DNA from: an uncultured cyanobacterium
Lineage (GTDB): Bacteria > Cyanobacteriota > Cyanobacteriia > Cyanobacteriales > CAWUOF01
Assembly (NCBI GenBank): GCA_963744145.1
Contig: CAVUSO010000001.1
Coordinates: 4,448,001 to 4,512,000, forward strand
Direction of reading: 5' to 3'
Length of the DNA: 64,000 nucleotides
The notes beneath the pieces were generated by a model that worked only from the letters and a program-made list of their open reading frames with translations, was not told the origin of the DNA and ran no database searches. Made by a program: the position numbers and the translations under genes. Shown piece after piece: positions 20,518 through 31,032 of this stretch (the stretch's first letter is position 1; each line of letters starts with the position of its first letter).

Positions 20518-22188
20518 TTACTTTAGATAGGATTTTGCCCAACTATATTGATTTGGATCTTTATTGAGAAGATACTCGACCACTTCTCTACGTTTATCTT
20601 TATCTTTGGTCATTCTCACAATTCTTTCAATTTCATCATCAGTATCATCAGCTCCACGTTCGATCGCCAATTTAAACCAATAATCACCATCCTCATATTT
20701 ACTGCGATCGTAACAAATTGCTCCCCTTAGAGTATAGGGTTGATGATTATCAGGTTGACATTCCATTGCTGATGCTGCACATTTCTCGGCTTGATCTAGG
20801 TGATTAAGATCCCGAAATGCTGCACCTCTAGTTACCCAAAGAGCTGATTTGAGATCAGGTTCTTGTAATTTGTTCCAATTCAAATTTTCGGTAACTTTTA
20901 GAGCTTGTTCAGGATGATCCGCCTTACGCCAGTTACTACTTGCACTGGGTAAATTCCATCTGTTTCCAGTTCGTTGATATTCTTTTTCGTAAAATATTGC
21001 TTCTAATCTGTAGTAAGCGATCGCGATCTTTCCATGTCGAGAAAGACGACCTTCTTCCATTAATTGAATAACTTGTTTTGGGTCGAGTCGTTCTTCTCGC
21101 TCAAGTTTGAGCATAATTTCATAAAATGGGTCGATCGCTAATTGACCGAGAATCTGATATTTAGTTTTTAATGCTCGGAAGTGGATTTGTTTGGCTAGCT
21201 CTACTGTTTCCATCAGTCCCTCTTCTGACAACCACTGCATATCGTTCTCCGATATTTCAAAAATTGTAAGCCTCAGCAGAATTAGGTATAGAGGACTGGC
21301 AGGATCTGAGCTTTGATATTGAGTAGCTTTATATTTATCTTTAAGTTTCGCAAAGAATTTTCTGTCCTGATGTTCTTGATTAATTTCAATTAAATTGCTA
21401 AAATTTTGCTGTTCCAACCATTCACATTCCCTCCGATCTAGTTCTTCTTCTAAGTTGAGTTTCTTCAAAATAGGATATAGGGGACTAGAAATCGATGTAG
21501 CGGAGGTAGAATCAACCTGATATTTCGACTTTAGGTCTGAGAATTCAAGTTCTTTTTTCCTTTCATCCTCTTGTTGCCAATGAATTTTCAGCGTTTCTTC
21601 AAAATTGAATTCTAAAAGCCATTTAGTTTCTGAGTCCGATAATTCTGTTCTTGTATCAAGCTTTTTCAGAATTGAATAAAGAGGCTCTTCAGGAAACTGG
21701 TTTAAATGTTTGGTGGCTTTATATTTAACTTTTAATTTTGAGAAATTTAAGATATTTTGAATTAAAGTAATTGTGTCAATCAGCTCATAATTATTTAGCA
21801 GTTCAAGTTCTGAATCTTTAAGAGTACATCCAATATCTAGCTTCCCAAGTATTGAATAGACTGGGCTGGAGATGGGCAGCTCTAATTTTGGTGGAATGTG
21901 GTATTTAGTTCGTAGTTGCAGCAATTCAGTTTCTAGCCTTTGTTTGTCTTCTGCTTGGTATTGCTGTAAAAAAATAATCTCAACTGTTCGAGAAAGACGA
22001 TTCTCTGTTAACCATTCAAATTCTGGAGTTGTGACTTGAATACCCAGGTCTGCTTTTCTCAGGATCAGATATAGGAAACTATCAGAGCCATGACTATGCT
22101 GATCTACTTGATATTTCTTTTTAAGAGCAGCAAAGTGCCTTTTCTGTAGTTCTTTATTATCCATTCCTGATGTCATATTCATTGTCAA
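20518..22188 (-). CDS. Repeat protein: six LKxKY...LYxILxKL units plus C-terminal TPR domain
   Basis: Repeated ~60-70-aa units; TRGAAFRDL..LDQAEKCA and PYTLRGAICY TPR-like motifs. Start could be 22188 (TTG) or 22182 (ATG). Confidence 0.8.
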   Translation of the reverse strand: MTMNMTSGMDNKELQKRHFAALKKKYQVDQHSHGSDSFLYLILRKADLGIQVTTPEFEWLTENRLSRTVEIIFLQQYQAEDKQRLETELLQLRTKYHIPPKLELPISSPVYSILGKLDIGCTLKDSELELLNNYELIDTITLIQNILNFSKLKVKYKATKHLNQFPEEPLYSILKKLDTRTELSDSETKWLLEFNFEETLKIHWQQEDERKKELEFSDLKSKYQVDSTSATSISSPLYPILKKLNLEEELDRRECEWLEQQNFSNLIEINQEHQDRKFFAKLKDKYKATQYQSSDPASPLYLILLRLTIFEISENDMQWLSEEGLMETVELAKQIHFRALKTKYQILGQLAIDPFYEIMLKLEREERLDPKQVIQLMEEGRLSRHGKIAIAYYRLEAIFYEKEYQRTGNRWNLPSASSNWRKADHPEQALKVTENLNWNKLQEPDLKSALWVTRGAAFRDLNHLDQAEKCAASAMECQPDNHQPYTLRGAICYDRSKYEDGDYWFKLAIERGADDTDDEIERIVRMTKDKDKRREVVEYLLNKDPNQYSWAKSYLK

Positions 22189-22302
22189 AATTGGTTCTAT
22201 TCAACTAATTTCCCTAGCGAGTAGGGAGCGGCAATTTGAAATAGTAAAGGCGGAACTCAAATTAATAACTGCATCATAAGTTCTGGAAAAATTGTGCTAT
22301 TT

Positions 22303-22326
22303 AGCCCCTACTACTGGGCTTTTTTT
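22303..22326 (+). terminator. Intrinsic terminator-like hairpin inside the giant spacer
   Basis: AGCCC-ctactact-GGGCT-TTTTTT following an ORF 3' end (RQFEIVKAELKLITAS*, 22229-22279). Confidence 0.55.
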
Positions 22327-22657
22327 ATGCTTATTAATTGGTGGCAATTAAGTTAAGCCTGTTGTACAAGTTTGAGCTTTAAAAGGGTGTCTTTGGAGTT
22401 TTCCAAAAGTTGAAGAGTTAGAGCTTTTGTCGCTACGGAAGTCTCTGGTTTTTTAGTTTCTATTTGCGGAGTCGAGTGGGAGTCGAAGCCTTCTCGATTT
22501 CCGCCATTAATAGAAAACTTCGACTAGGTTTGTCTTAACTTATTTCTAAGTAAGCACTTTGTTGTAACCCTTCGGCTGGGGGAATGTTTTTATTCCTAGC
22601 GCGTCAGGATAGGGACACACTGCGGGTGGCGGGTGGTAGTAAGTGCCCCCCAAAGTT

Positions 22658-22686
22658 AGATTACTCGAAATCTACTCTTTTGTCAA
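22658..22686 (-). promoter_or_regulatory. Sigma70-like promoter inside the giant spacer
   Basis: Minus strand TTGACA-N17-TAATCT, overlapped by palindrome TAGATT-N6-AATCTA. Confidence 0.55.
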
Positions 22687-25600
22687 CAGTCACGTCTCAC
22701 ATTAATAGAAAACTTCCACTAATTTTGTCTTAACGTTTCCATTCAACTAATTTCCCTAGCGAGTAGGGAGAGCAAGACTATCTGGAACAACGGATTAAGA
22801 TGATGCTTGTTTCCATTCAACTAATTTCCCTAGCGAGTAGGGAGTATAAAGGTGCCCCTGGCACCAAGCGCCTTTTGTGGTGCTAGTTTCCATTCAACTA
22901 ATTTCCCTAGCGAGTAGGGAGAATAACCCAATAACATTACGAACAGGACAAAACAAGTTTCCATTCAACTAATTTCCCTAGCGAGTAGGGAGCAGAAATC
23001 GGATGTAGAGAAAATATTCATAGACCCGGATGGTTTCCATTCAACTAATTTCCCTAGCGAGTAGGGAGCTTCTGTGTGATTGTCATTTATCTGGTGATCG
23101 CACTCGCGTTTCCATTCAACTAATTTCCCTAGCGAGTAGGGAGGAGAGCCACTTTTATTAGTAATATATTGAGAATAAGCTGTTTCCATTCAACTAATTT
23201 CCCTAGCGAGTAGGGAGATTGGAAAGCATCTTACAGAAGGCGGTGCAGCAGTAGTTTCCATTCAACTAATTTCCCTAGCGAGTAGGGAGACTACTTCCAA
23301 AGAATACGAATCCGGAAGGGTTCTCCTTGTTTCCATTCAACTAATTTCCCTAGCGAGTAGGGAGCACTGCTTACGGTCAGGGGGGAGATTTAATTCTCCC
23401 GGTTTCCATTCAACTAATTTCCCTAGCGAGTAGGGAGCCAGAATCACCGACCGCGAAAATATTGAAATCGGCGATAAGTTTCCATTCAACTAATTTCCCT
23501 AGCGAGTAGGGAGACGGATTATTCAACGGCGGTAGACGAAGAGCTTTTAGAAAGTTTCCATTCAACTAATTTCCCTAGCGAGTAGGGAGGTGCAACAACA
23601 ATCCGCACAGGTGCAACCAGCACCAACGTTTCCATTCAACTAATTTCCCTAGCGAGTAGGGAGTTGAAAAACGACCAGTTTATCGTTGTTGATTAAACTT
23701 GTTTCCATTCAACTAATTTCCCTAGCGAGTAGGGAGTCTAAAAACTGCTTATTACAACAGTTTTGTTTCAAAGTTTCCATTCAACTAATTTCCCTAGCGA
23801 GTAGGGAGTCTGCAATTACTGACAGTGGAATCGGTAAAAACTTGTTTCCATTCAACTAATTTCCCTAGCGAGTAGGGAGCTAAAAAGGTTAAATCGGCTC
23901 GAAAACAATTGGCCAAAGAGGTTTCCATTCAACTAATTTCCCTAGCGAGTAGGGAGTCAATTTGTTACGTCGCATTAGCGTCAGAGCATTTATCCGTTTC
24001 CATTCAACTAATTTCCCTAGCGAGTAGGGAGACTTTTCTGTCCAAAAGGCTTGCGTCAGCCTTAATTAAAAGTTTCCATTCAACTAATTTCCCTAGCGAG
24101 TAGGGAGTGTAGAAAATTTTGGGACTACCCCATGAGCCAAGTTTCCATTCAACTAATTTCCCTAGCGAGTAGGGAGTAGTTGGTGATTTTGGTTTAACTC
24201 CGACTAGATTAATAGTCGTTTCCATTCAACTAATTTCCCTAGCGAGTAGGGAGCCGTCTTTATGGCGGTCTGACTCAGGCGTTTATCCGGACGTTTCCAT
24301 TCAACTAATTTCCCTAGCGAGTAGGGAGTCCAGCTATAGTTTCGATTCTAGATTGGCCCTCACCCAGGTTTCCATTCAACTAATTTCCCTAGCGAGTAGG
24401 GAGGATCGCAAAAACTGTTAATCCGGTTTCCGTTCGGGATGGTTTCCATTCAACTAATTTCCCTAGCGAGTAGGGAGTTATCTCAAGGATTATATTGATC
24501 GGATCATTAAGAAGTTTCCATTCAACTAATTTCCCTAGCGAGTAGGGAGGAAATTACTGAACCTAGATGCAGAGTTACAGGAGTTAGAGAGTTTCCATTC
24601 AACTAATTTCCCTAGCGAGTAGGGAGAATAGAGATGCCTATCCTCAAAGATAAAGATAACTATCGTTTCCATTCAACTAATTTCCCTAGCGAGTAGGGAG
24701 TACACAAACTTTAGAAGAATATATTAAGACTTGTAGTTTCCATTCAACTAATTTCCCTAGCGAGTAGGGAGTGGTAAATACAAAGGTGCAGATGAATTAG
24801 GATTTAAGTTTCCATTCAACTAATTTCCCTAGCGAGTAGGGAGTGCATTAACAGGTGCGTCAATGTTCTCTATGAATAAATCAAGTTTCCATTCAACTAA
24901 TTTCCCTAGCGAGTAGGGAGTCTAAGTCAGTTATTAAGTATCCTATCTAGAAATGCGTTTCCATTCAACTAATTTCCCTAGCGAGTAGGGAGCTGTAACC
25001 GCATTGATTATACGATACATAGTAATTCTACCGTTTCCATTCAACTAATTTCCCTAGCGAGTAGGGAGTTTGTTATGTCTATATCTAAGTCTTTCTCAAA
25101 TCAAAGTTTCCATTCAACTAATTTCCCTAGCGAGTAGGGAGTAGTCTTATGTTGTAATATCTGTTTACTATCTGTAGTTGTTTCCATTCAACTAATTTCC
25201 CTAGCGAGTAGGGAGCTCGGTATGGCTAAATGATTCAATTAATAATTCAGTGTTTCCATTCAACTAATTTCCCTAGCGAGTAGGGAGTTCGCAGCAAGCC
25301 CAATCCTGATTGGGATGAAGAAATGTTTCCATTCAACTAATTTCCCTAGCGAGTAGGGAGTCTTACTCATTATTACTTCCTCTTCTTATCTTTCTTTAGT
25401 TTCCATTCAACTAATTTCCCTAGCGAGTAGGGAGAATCATTACAGAAATTATATGATTCTTTAGATATTAGTTTCCATTCAACTAATTTCCCTAGCGAGT
25501 AGGGAGCTTAACTTCAAAACCACGGGAGATAGGATATCAAGAGTTTCCATTCAACTAATTTCCCTAGCGAGTAGGGAGTTAAGGTTGGAATACATTGTTG

Positions 25601-27344
25601 TAGATAATCTATAACTTGTTTCCATTCAACTAATTTCCCTAGCGAGTAGGGAGATTCTAAAAGATAATTTTAGGTATTTTACTGTAGATGTGTTTCCATT
25701 CAACTAATTTCCCTAGCGAGTAGGGAGACTCTAAAGCCATATTGCGATCGGCATATTTAAAATTGTTTCCATTCAACTAATTTCCCTAGCGAGTAGGGAG
25801 ATTATTACTGAATCTGCAACAGTCAATGTTACTAGCGTTTCCATTCAACTAATTTCCCTAGCGAGTAGGGAGCATGGAGTGGATTCTAGTCTGATACATA
25901 TCCAACCAGGTTTCCATTCAACTAATTTCCCTAGCGAGTAGGGAGTTGAATACCGTAGTCCCAAACATTTTACTGGCAAAAGTTTCCATTCAACTAATTT
26001 CCCTAGCGAGTAGGGAGTCCTACCGCCTATCCAGTTTTCTATAATACTTATTCTCGTTTCCATTCAACTAATTTCCCTAGCGAGTAGGGAGGTAAAAAGA
26101 TAGTAATGGAATGGGATGTAGAAAAAGATGTTTCCATTCAACTAATTTCCCTAGCGAGTAGGGAGAGATTTTGACATGACTAACTCGGCTGTAACTCCAG
26201 CACGTTTCCATTCAACTAATTTCCCTAGCGAGTAGGGAGCACAGGCTGGGATAATTGGAATAACCAGGGATATAATTAGTTTCCATTCAACTAATTTCCC
26301 TAGCGAGTAGGGAGGAATGGAAAGGCACAGTAGATAAAATTGAATATTATAAGTTTCCATTCAACTAATTTCCCTAGCGAGTAGGGAGACGGAGATTAGA
26401 ACCATGAAACCAATGAACTACGAAGTTTCCATTCAACTAATTTCCCTAGCGAGTAGGGAGAAGCCAACAAGGACAGTCAATCCCTCTTAGCGGATGAGTT
26501 TCCATTCAACTAATTTCCCTAGCGAGTAGGGAGTTCCAACAGTTATCAGAAAATGAATGGTATTTATATGTTTCCATTCAACTAATTTCCCTAGCGAGTA
26601 GGGAGAAGATTACTTTACTAACGATAGAAAAAACCATGAATAGTTTCCATTCAACTAATTTCCCTAGCGAGTAGGGAGATTTTACTCGACATCTGGGATC
26701 TGGCTAAGGATCGACAAGTTTCCATTCAACTAATTTCCCTAGCGAGTAGGGAGTAGAAGTAGATATTGATATTCAAACAGTATGGAATAGTTTCCATTCA
26801 ACTAATTTCCCTAGCGAGTAGGGAGCTAGGAAAAGAATACTGGATCATGCAAGAAAGAACAGAAGTTTCCATTCAACTAATTTCCCTAGCGAGTAGGGAG
26901 TAGTGGATATGGTTATACATCTTTAAGTTTGTTTACGTTTCCATTCAACTAATTTCCCTAGCGAGTAGGGAGTTACTCAATCTACATTACCTACTACTAC
27001 TGGTACTCAATGTTTCCATTCAACTAATTTCCCTAGCGAGTAGGGAGTACTACAGTAAAAGGATCAGTAGTAGCATCATCTTTTAAGTTTCCATTCAACT
27101 AATTTCCCTAGCGAGTAGGGAGTCTTTTAGATAATTGTGATAAAAGTAATTATAAAGAAGTAGTTTCCATTCAACTAATTTCCCTAGCGAGTAGGGAGTG
27201 TAGAAAATTGTAATGATGTAGAAGAAGATTTATTTGTTTCCATTCAACTAATTTCCCTAGCGAGTAGGGAGTATCGTTCTAAGTTTAAGAGGTACCACGA
27301 TTGAGATCGTTTCCATTCAACTAATTTCCCTAGCGAGTAGGGAG

Positions 27345-27544
27345 AGCTTCTATTAAAACCCATATCCCGTCTAATGTCTAGAGGCAGTTTGCGAGGCTCA
27401 CCATTTTTGCTCCTAAATTTTGCTTCTACCATGCTACTCAACACCTCTCAAATCCTTATGCAGTAAGACATCGAAGCTCCCGACGGAAAAAGGTTGTTCT
27501 AGCCATTTTCGCTATCTTGCAGATTTCCCATGTTACAAAAAACC
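27345..27544 (-). promoter_or_regulatory. CRISPR leader
   Basis: Non-coding region between the cas2 stop and the first repeat. Confidence 0.7.
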
Positions 27545-27826
27545 TTAAATGACTAAAGACCCAGGAAACTGGGTGACAGGAAGCCCAACTCCCCAGATTT
27601 CCACTTGTCCCAGGGTATGTCTGGACAATGGGTAAAAACGCAGATTGTCTTCCGTTAAATTTACTCTTTCCTTAAGTCTCTGACACATTTCGTTATACTT
27701 AGTTGGTGTCAGCACAGACTCAAAGACACTGTACTGTACTCTTTTCCCGTAACCCTCTAATAAATCAGAGACTTTTTGACGACGCTTGTCGCTAGGAATA
27801 TCATAAACCACTACATAAAATAGCAT
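27545..27826 (-). CDS. cas2: CRISPR-associated endoribonuclease Cas2
   Basis: YVVVYDIPSDKRR and RVQYSVFE motifs. Confidence 0.97.
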   Translation of the reverse strand: MLFYVVVYDIPSDKRRQKVSDLLEGYGKRVQYSVFESVLTPTKYNEMCQRLKERVNLTEDNLRFYPLSRHTLGQVEIWGVGLPVTQFPGSLVI

Positions 27827-28818
27827 TAGCGAATCCGATAAGGTTCATAAACCTGAATAGGGTTGTAAACAAACTGCTTAAAAGCTTTCACTTGCTGAGT
27901 CAGCAAATCCCATTTTGGCTGTTTATCTCCTGAATTAGTCTGTACTTCTTCTTCCATCCTTTGCACAAAAGCTTTCAGATATTTAGAACGTCCCGTATCA
28001 TTCAGATAACATCCACCATCCCGATAAACAAAATCATCCAATACCGATAGCATCCGACGATTTGCTAAATATAATACCAGAGAATCCACTATGGGGGTGC
28101 GAAATTCTTCGATCAAATCAGAAGCTAAGGATGCGTGTTTTTCACTTGGTTGATGAAGACAGCCAAAATAAGGATCTAGTCCCTGAATCTCGATTAAACT
28201 AAGTAAGTGATTCCAGAGAATTTGATAACCAAAACTTAGCATCGCATTCACTGGATTTCCCGGAGGTTGTCGCGATCGCCCCGCAAAGACAAAATCTTCA
28301 TGATCAAAACATTCTCCCAACCCTGAGAAATATTGAACTGCACCAGCACCTTCAAAACCCATTAACTGCTGAATATTATCGGCATTTCCAGCTTTTTCAA
28401 GTAAATGGGCTAAACTCTGAATCGCCATATCCAGACTTGCTGAATGCTGACTACGTTGCTGACGCTTCAGGAAAACGCGACTATTTTTGAGCTTTCCCTG
28501 GACAATTTTTCTAGCAACAATTAAACGGTCAATTTCTGACAATTGCTGTTGATAGCGAGCCAGTTGTCGATAGCCACGTTCAATTGGAATAATCCTACCA
28601 TAACAGAATCCCATCCGTGACAAATAAGCGATCGCAATATTGCGCCATAAACAAGTTCTAATTAACTGGGTGGTAACTTGAGACTTGCCAAAAATCAGAA
28701 TTTGGTCCAATAATGGTAACTGCATCTTTCCCAGAATATTTTCGCCTTTTTTAATCACCACAGATTCATGGTCTTGGCAAACATAACAACCTTGTTGAGA
28801 AACATAAAGAGTCCGCAT
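27826..28818 (-). CDS. cas1: CRISPR-associated endonuclease Cas1
   Basis: LMGFEG, NPVNAMLSFGY, GCLH and SDLIEEFR motifs; no RT fusion. Confidence 0.97.
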   Translation of the reverse strand: MRTLYVSQQGCYVCQDHESVVIKKGENILGKMQLPLLDQILIFGKSQVTTQLIRTCLWRNIAIAYLSRMGFCYGRIIPIERGYRQLARYQQQLSEIDRLIVARKIVQGKLKNSRVFLKRQQRSQHSASLDMAIQSLAHLLEKAGNADNIQQLMGFEGAGAVQYFSGLGECFDHEDFVFAGRSRQPPGNPVNAMLSFGYQILWNHLLSLIEIQGLDPYFGCLHQPSEKHASLASDLIEEFRTPIVDSLVLYLANRRMLSVLDDFVYRDGGCYLNDTGRSKYLKAFVQRMEEEVQTNSGDKQPKWDLLTQQVKAFKQFVYNPIQVYEPYRIR

Positions 28819-29087
28819 TATTTTTGGTCTAAATCATGGCGATCGCGACGATTAATATCAGATTGACCGCGTAAAATTTGCGCTTGCTGTTCAGCAGGAG
28901 TAAGATAAACAATAATCCGATCTGAAGCAGTAGCAGTAATGTAAGTAGCCACAGTAATCAGCAAGGTATTAATAATCACTGCGGCTAATCCCAAAGGAGC
29001 GATTAAGAGAATGATCAAAGTAACCGCACCATTGACAATAGAAAGAGCAACATTGCGAATAAAAGCAGCACGAGATGAGATATACAT
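28818..29087 (-). CDS. csx18: CRISPR-associated membrane protein Csx18
   Basis: VNGAVTLIILLIAPLGLAAVIINT signature; position directly upstream of cas1. Confidence 0.85.
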   Translation of the reverse strand: MYISSRAAFIRNVALSIVNGAVTLIILLIAPLGLAAVIINTLLITVATYITATASDRIIVYLTPAEQQAQILRGQSDINRRDRHDLDQK

Positions 29088-29148
29088 GATGTTAATTGTG
29101 CTATTAAGGACATTAACTTGACAGCAGAGAGCTTGTATTTGACAGAGT

Positions 29149-30627
29149 TTAGGGTTGGTAAGAAGTTATCGCTTCTTTTAATTCTTCATGTACTCGCGAC
29201 ATAAGACTCGCTTCCTTAAGAGATGTAAACTCTTGTTCAGATACAAAATTAAGACAGCCTAAAACCCTGGCTTCCCAATTTTTTTGATTTTCAGTTTTCC
29301 AAGCTTGAAAAACCGCTTTTTTTTCCAATCCTCGCAACCGATGAAATTGCTCATTGCGAATTTTGGCAGCCTCATCCCAAACAACCGCGATATGAGGATC
29401 TGATTGCCAATGAGGTTGAGCTTGTCGCAGTAATTCATAAAGAGAGGTACTATAAAGTCCCAATCTCGACTCTTTCTGAAACCGATTTCTCATTCCTTCT
29501 GATAAATTACTTAAGTAATTAGGAAACTGATTTTTAATCGATAATTTTAGACAAGGAGAACCTCGATGAATTTCAATGTGATTCGAGTAATAATGTTCTG
29601 CCCACTCAGCAATTAATCCTTCCACAGAGCGAAAACTATGAAATAAAGCTTCAACAGTATTACTTTGCTGAAACCTGATGACTGCTAAGTAAGCAGCTTC
29701 ATAAGCTGTCCACCACCATTGACGCGATCGCACTTTTGCTTCATTATCTAAAAGAGTAGCAAAATCCTGAAAGTTGCCAATATTCCACTGAATTGCCGCG
29801 TCTAGGAGTAACTGAATTCGTCTAATAAGTTGACCATTTTCATCATCAGAGTTAGCCGTCTTATAATAACCCCTAAGCAGACGACTCACTGCTTCATAAT
29901 TATACTGTCGTAATAAAGATAGTGCCTCTTGCTGTTTCCGATCCCAGAGATAATTTGTTCCCTGGAAAGGAGGATAATATTCAGAGGGAAAACCTTGACT
30001 ATTTGTTACCTCATCTTGTTTAAAATCATAAAACAGAGAATCTTCTCCAAAGCGACTCAATGCCGTTACCCGCGATGCTTCTGAAGACTGTCCGACACCC
30101 CCTTTCAAACACAACAAAATAGGAGTATCTTCAGAAATTTCTGAAGCAATTTGTCGCCAGACTTGTTTCCACCAACGAAACATTTCTTCAAAATTAGACG
30201 GATTATACCCCTCAGCACCTTGCAAAATAATCTGAGTAGGAATGTGATAGTTACTTTCAATCCACCGCTGAATAATTTGGGCTGAGTAGAGGGTGTCTTT
30301 ATCTCGCTGTTTAACTGTTTCTAACTGATCTGTTGCTACTAAATAAACTTTTTGTAATTGTTGATGCCGATCTTGTAACAATTTCCCTAAAATAATCGGC
30401 TTGAGAGCATTTTGGTACTCTTCCCAGTTTTCCAGTAAATATTTTGTGAGAAATCGAAAATCACTGTTCTCAAACCCTAATTCAGCTTGAACTAAGGCTT
30501 GTTCGCTGATACTATTACTATCGGGAGAGCGGTCATTTCCTAAATTGTACCATTGTTCAGAAGTAACAGCAAAAGCTAGATCCCGAGTACCAATGGTAGC
30601 AACTAAAATAGATTTTGGTGTAGCCAT
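29149..30627 (-). CDS. Putative CARF-HEPN cOA-activated ribonuclease (Csm6/Csx1-like)
   Basis: N-terminal Rossmann-like ILVATIGTRD and LCLKGG; C-terminal RNEQFH (RxxxxH); lies within a type III operon. Confidence 0.7.
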   Translation of the reverse strand: MATPKSILVATIGTRDLAFAVTSEQWYNLGNDRSPDSNSISEQALVQAELGFENSDFRFLTKYLLENWEEYQNALKPIILGKLLQDRHQQLQKVYLVATDQLETVKQRDKDTLYSAQIIQRWIESNYHIPTQIILQGAEGYNPSNFEEMFRWWKQVWRQIASEISEDTPILLCLKGGVGQSSEASRVTALSRFGEDSLFYDFKQDEVTNSQGFPSEYYPPFQGTNYLWDRKQQEALSLLRQYNYEAVSRLLRGYYKTANSDDENGQLIRRIQLLLDAAIQWNIGNFQDFATLLDNEAKVRSRQWWWTAYEAAYLAVIRFQQSNTVEALFHSFRSVEGLIAEWAEHYYSNHIEIHRGSPCLKLSIKNQFPNYLSNLSEGMRNRFQKESRLGLYSTSLYELLRQAQPHWQSDPHIAVVWDEAAKIRNEQFHRLRGLEKKAVFQAWKTENQKNWEARVLGCLNFVSEQEFTSLKEASLMSRVHEELKEAITSYQP

Positions 30628-30664
30628 AGTTTTTAATTATCAAAAGTGTAGAGTGTGATCTAAG

Positions 30665-31027
30665 CTAAATCAGAGGTAAATATTCAATACGGTCTTGATA
30701 TTCATCATCAAAAGATGCGCCAGCGATCGTGATTAATTCCTCAATAATCTGACCCATACTTTGGCCAAAATCAATGACTAAAATACCTGGAATATGATGA
30801 CCTTGTGATAAGTGATCTGCGAGATGTTTTGGCATTGATTTACGATTGTTAGTCACCAGAATAAATTGATTGACTTCACACCAAATCAGAATCTCTGGGT
30901 CTAATGTTCCTTTACCAGGAACATCCAGATCGCCAATAATCCTGACGATTAATTCTGGGTTGTGCCGCACCAATTGAGTCCGATAAATAGGAGAGATATG
31001 TTCATCTAGTAAATACTTAATGGTCAT
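30665..31027 (-). CDS. DUF5615 PIN-like toxin (VapC45-like)
   Basis: YLLDEHIS, DPEIL, ILVTNNR and HIPGIL motifs. Confidence 0.85.
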   Translation of the reverse strand: MTIKYLLDEHISPIYRTQLVRHNPELIVRIIGDLDVPGKGTLDPEILIWCEVNQFILVTNNRKSMPKHLADHLSQGHHIPGILVIDFGQSMGQIIEELITIAGASFDDEYQDRIEYLPLI

Positions 31028-31032
31028 GCTCT

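Larger units (their letters stand above)
22193..27344 (-). CRISPR. CRISPR array: 63 identical 36-nt repeats (22735-27344) plus a degenerate trailer repeat (22193-22228); repeat in transcribed orientation CTCCCTACTCGCTAGGGAAATTAGTTGAATGGAAAC
   Basis: Counted by eye: 62 unique spacers of ~33-41 nt plus one 506-bp spacer. Orientation inferred from the 3' GAAAC, the leader next to cas2 and the degenerate distal repeat. Confidence 0.98.

Noticed and set aside
22771..27308. Self-targeting spacers within this window
   Set aside because: None noticed by eye, but this is not exhaustive and needs an alignment.
22965..27444. Short ORFs containing PYSLGKLVEWK or VSIQLISLASRE repeats
   Set aside because: They are translations of CRISPR repeats and spacers.
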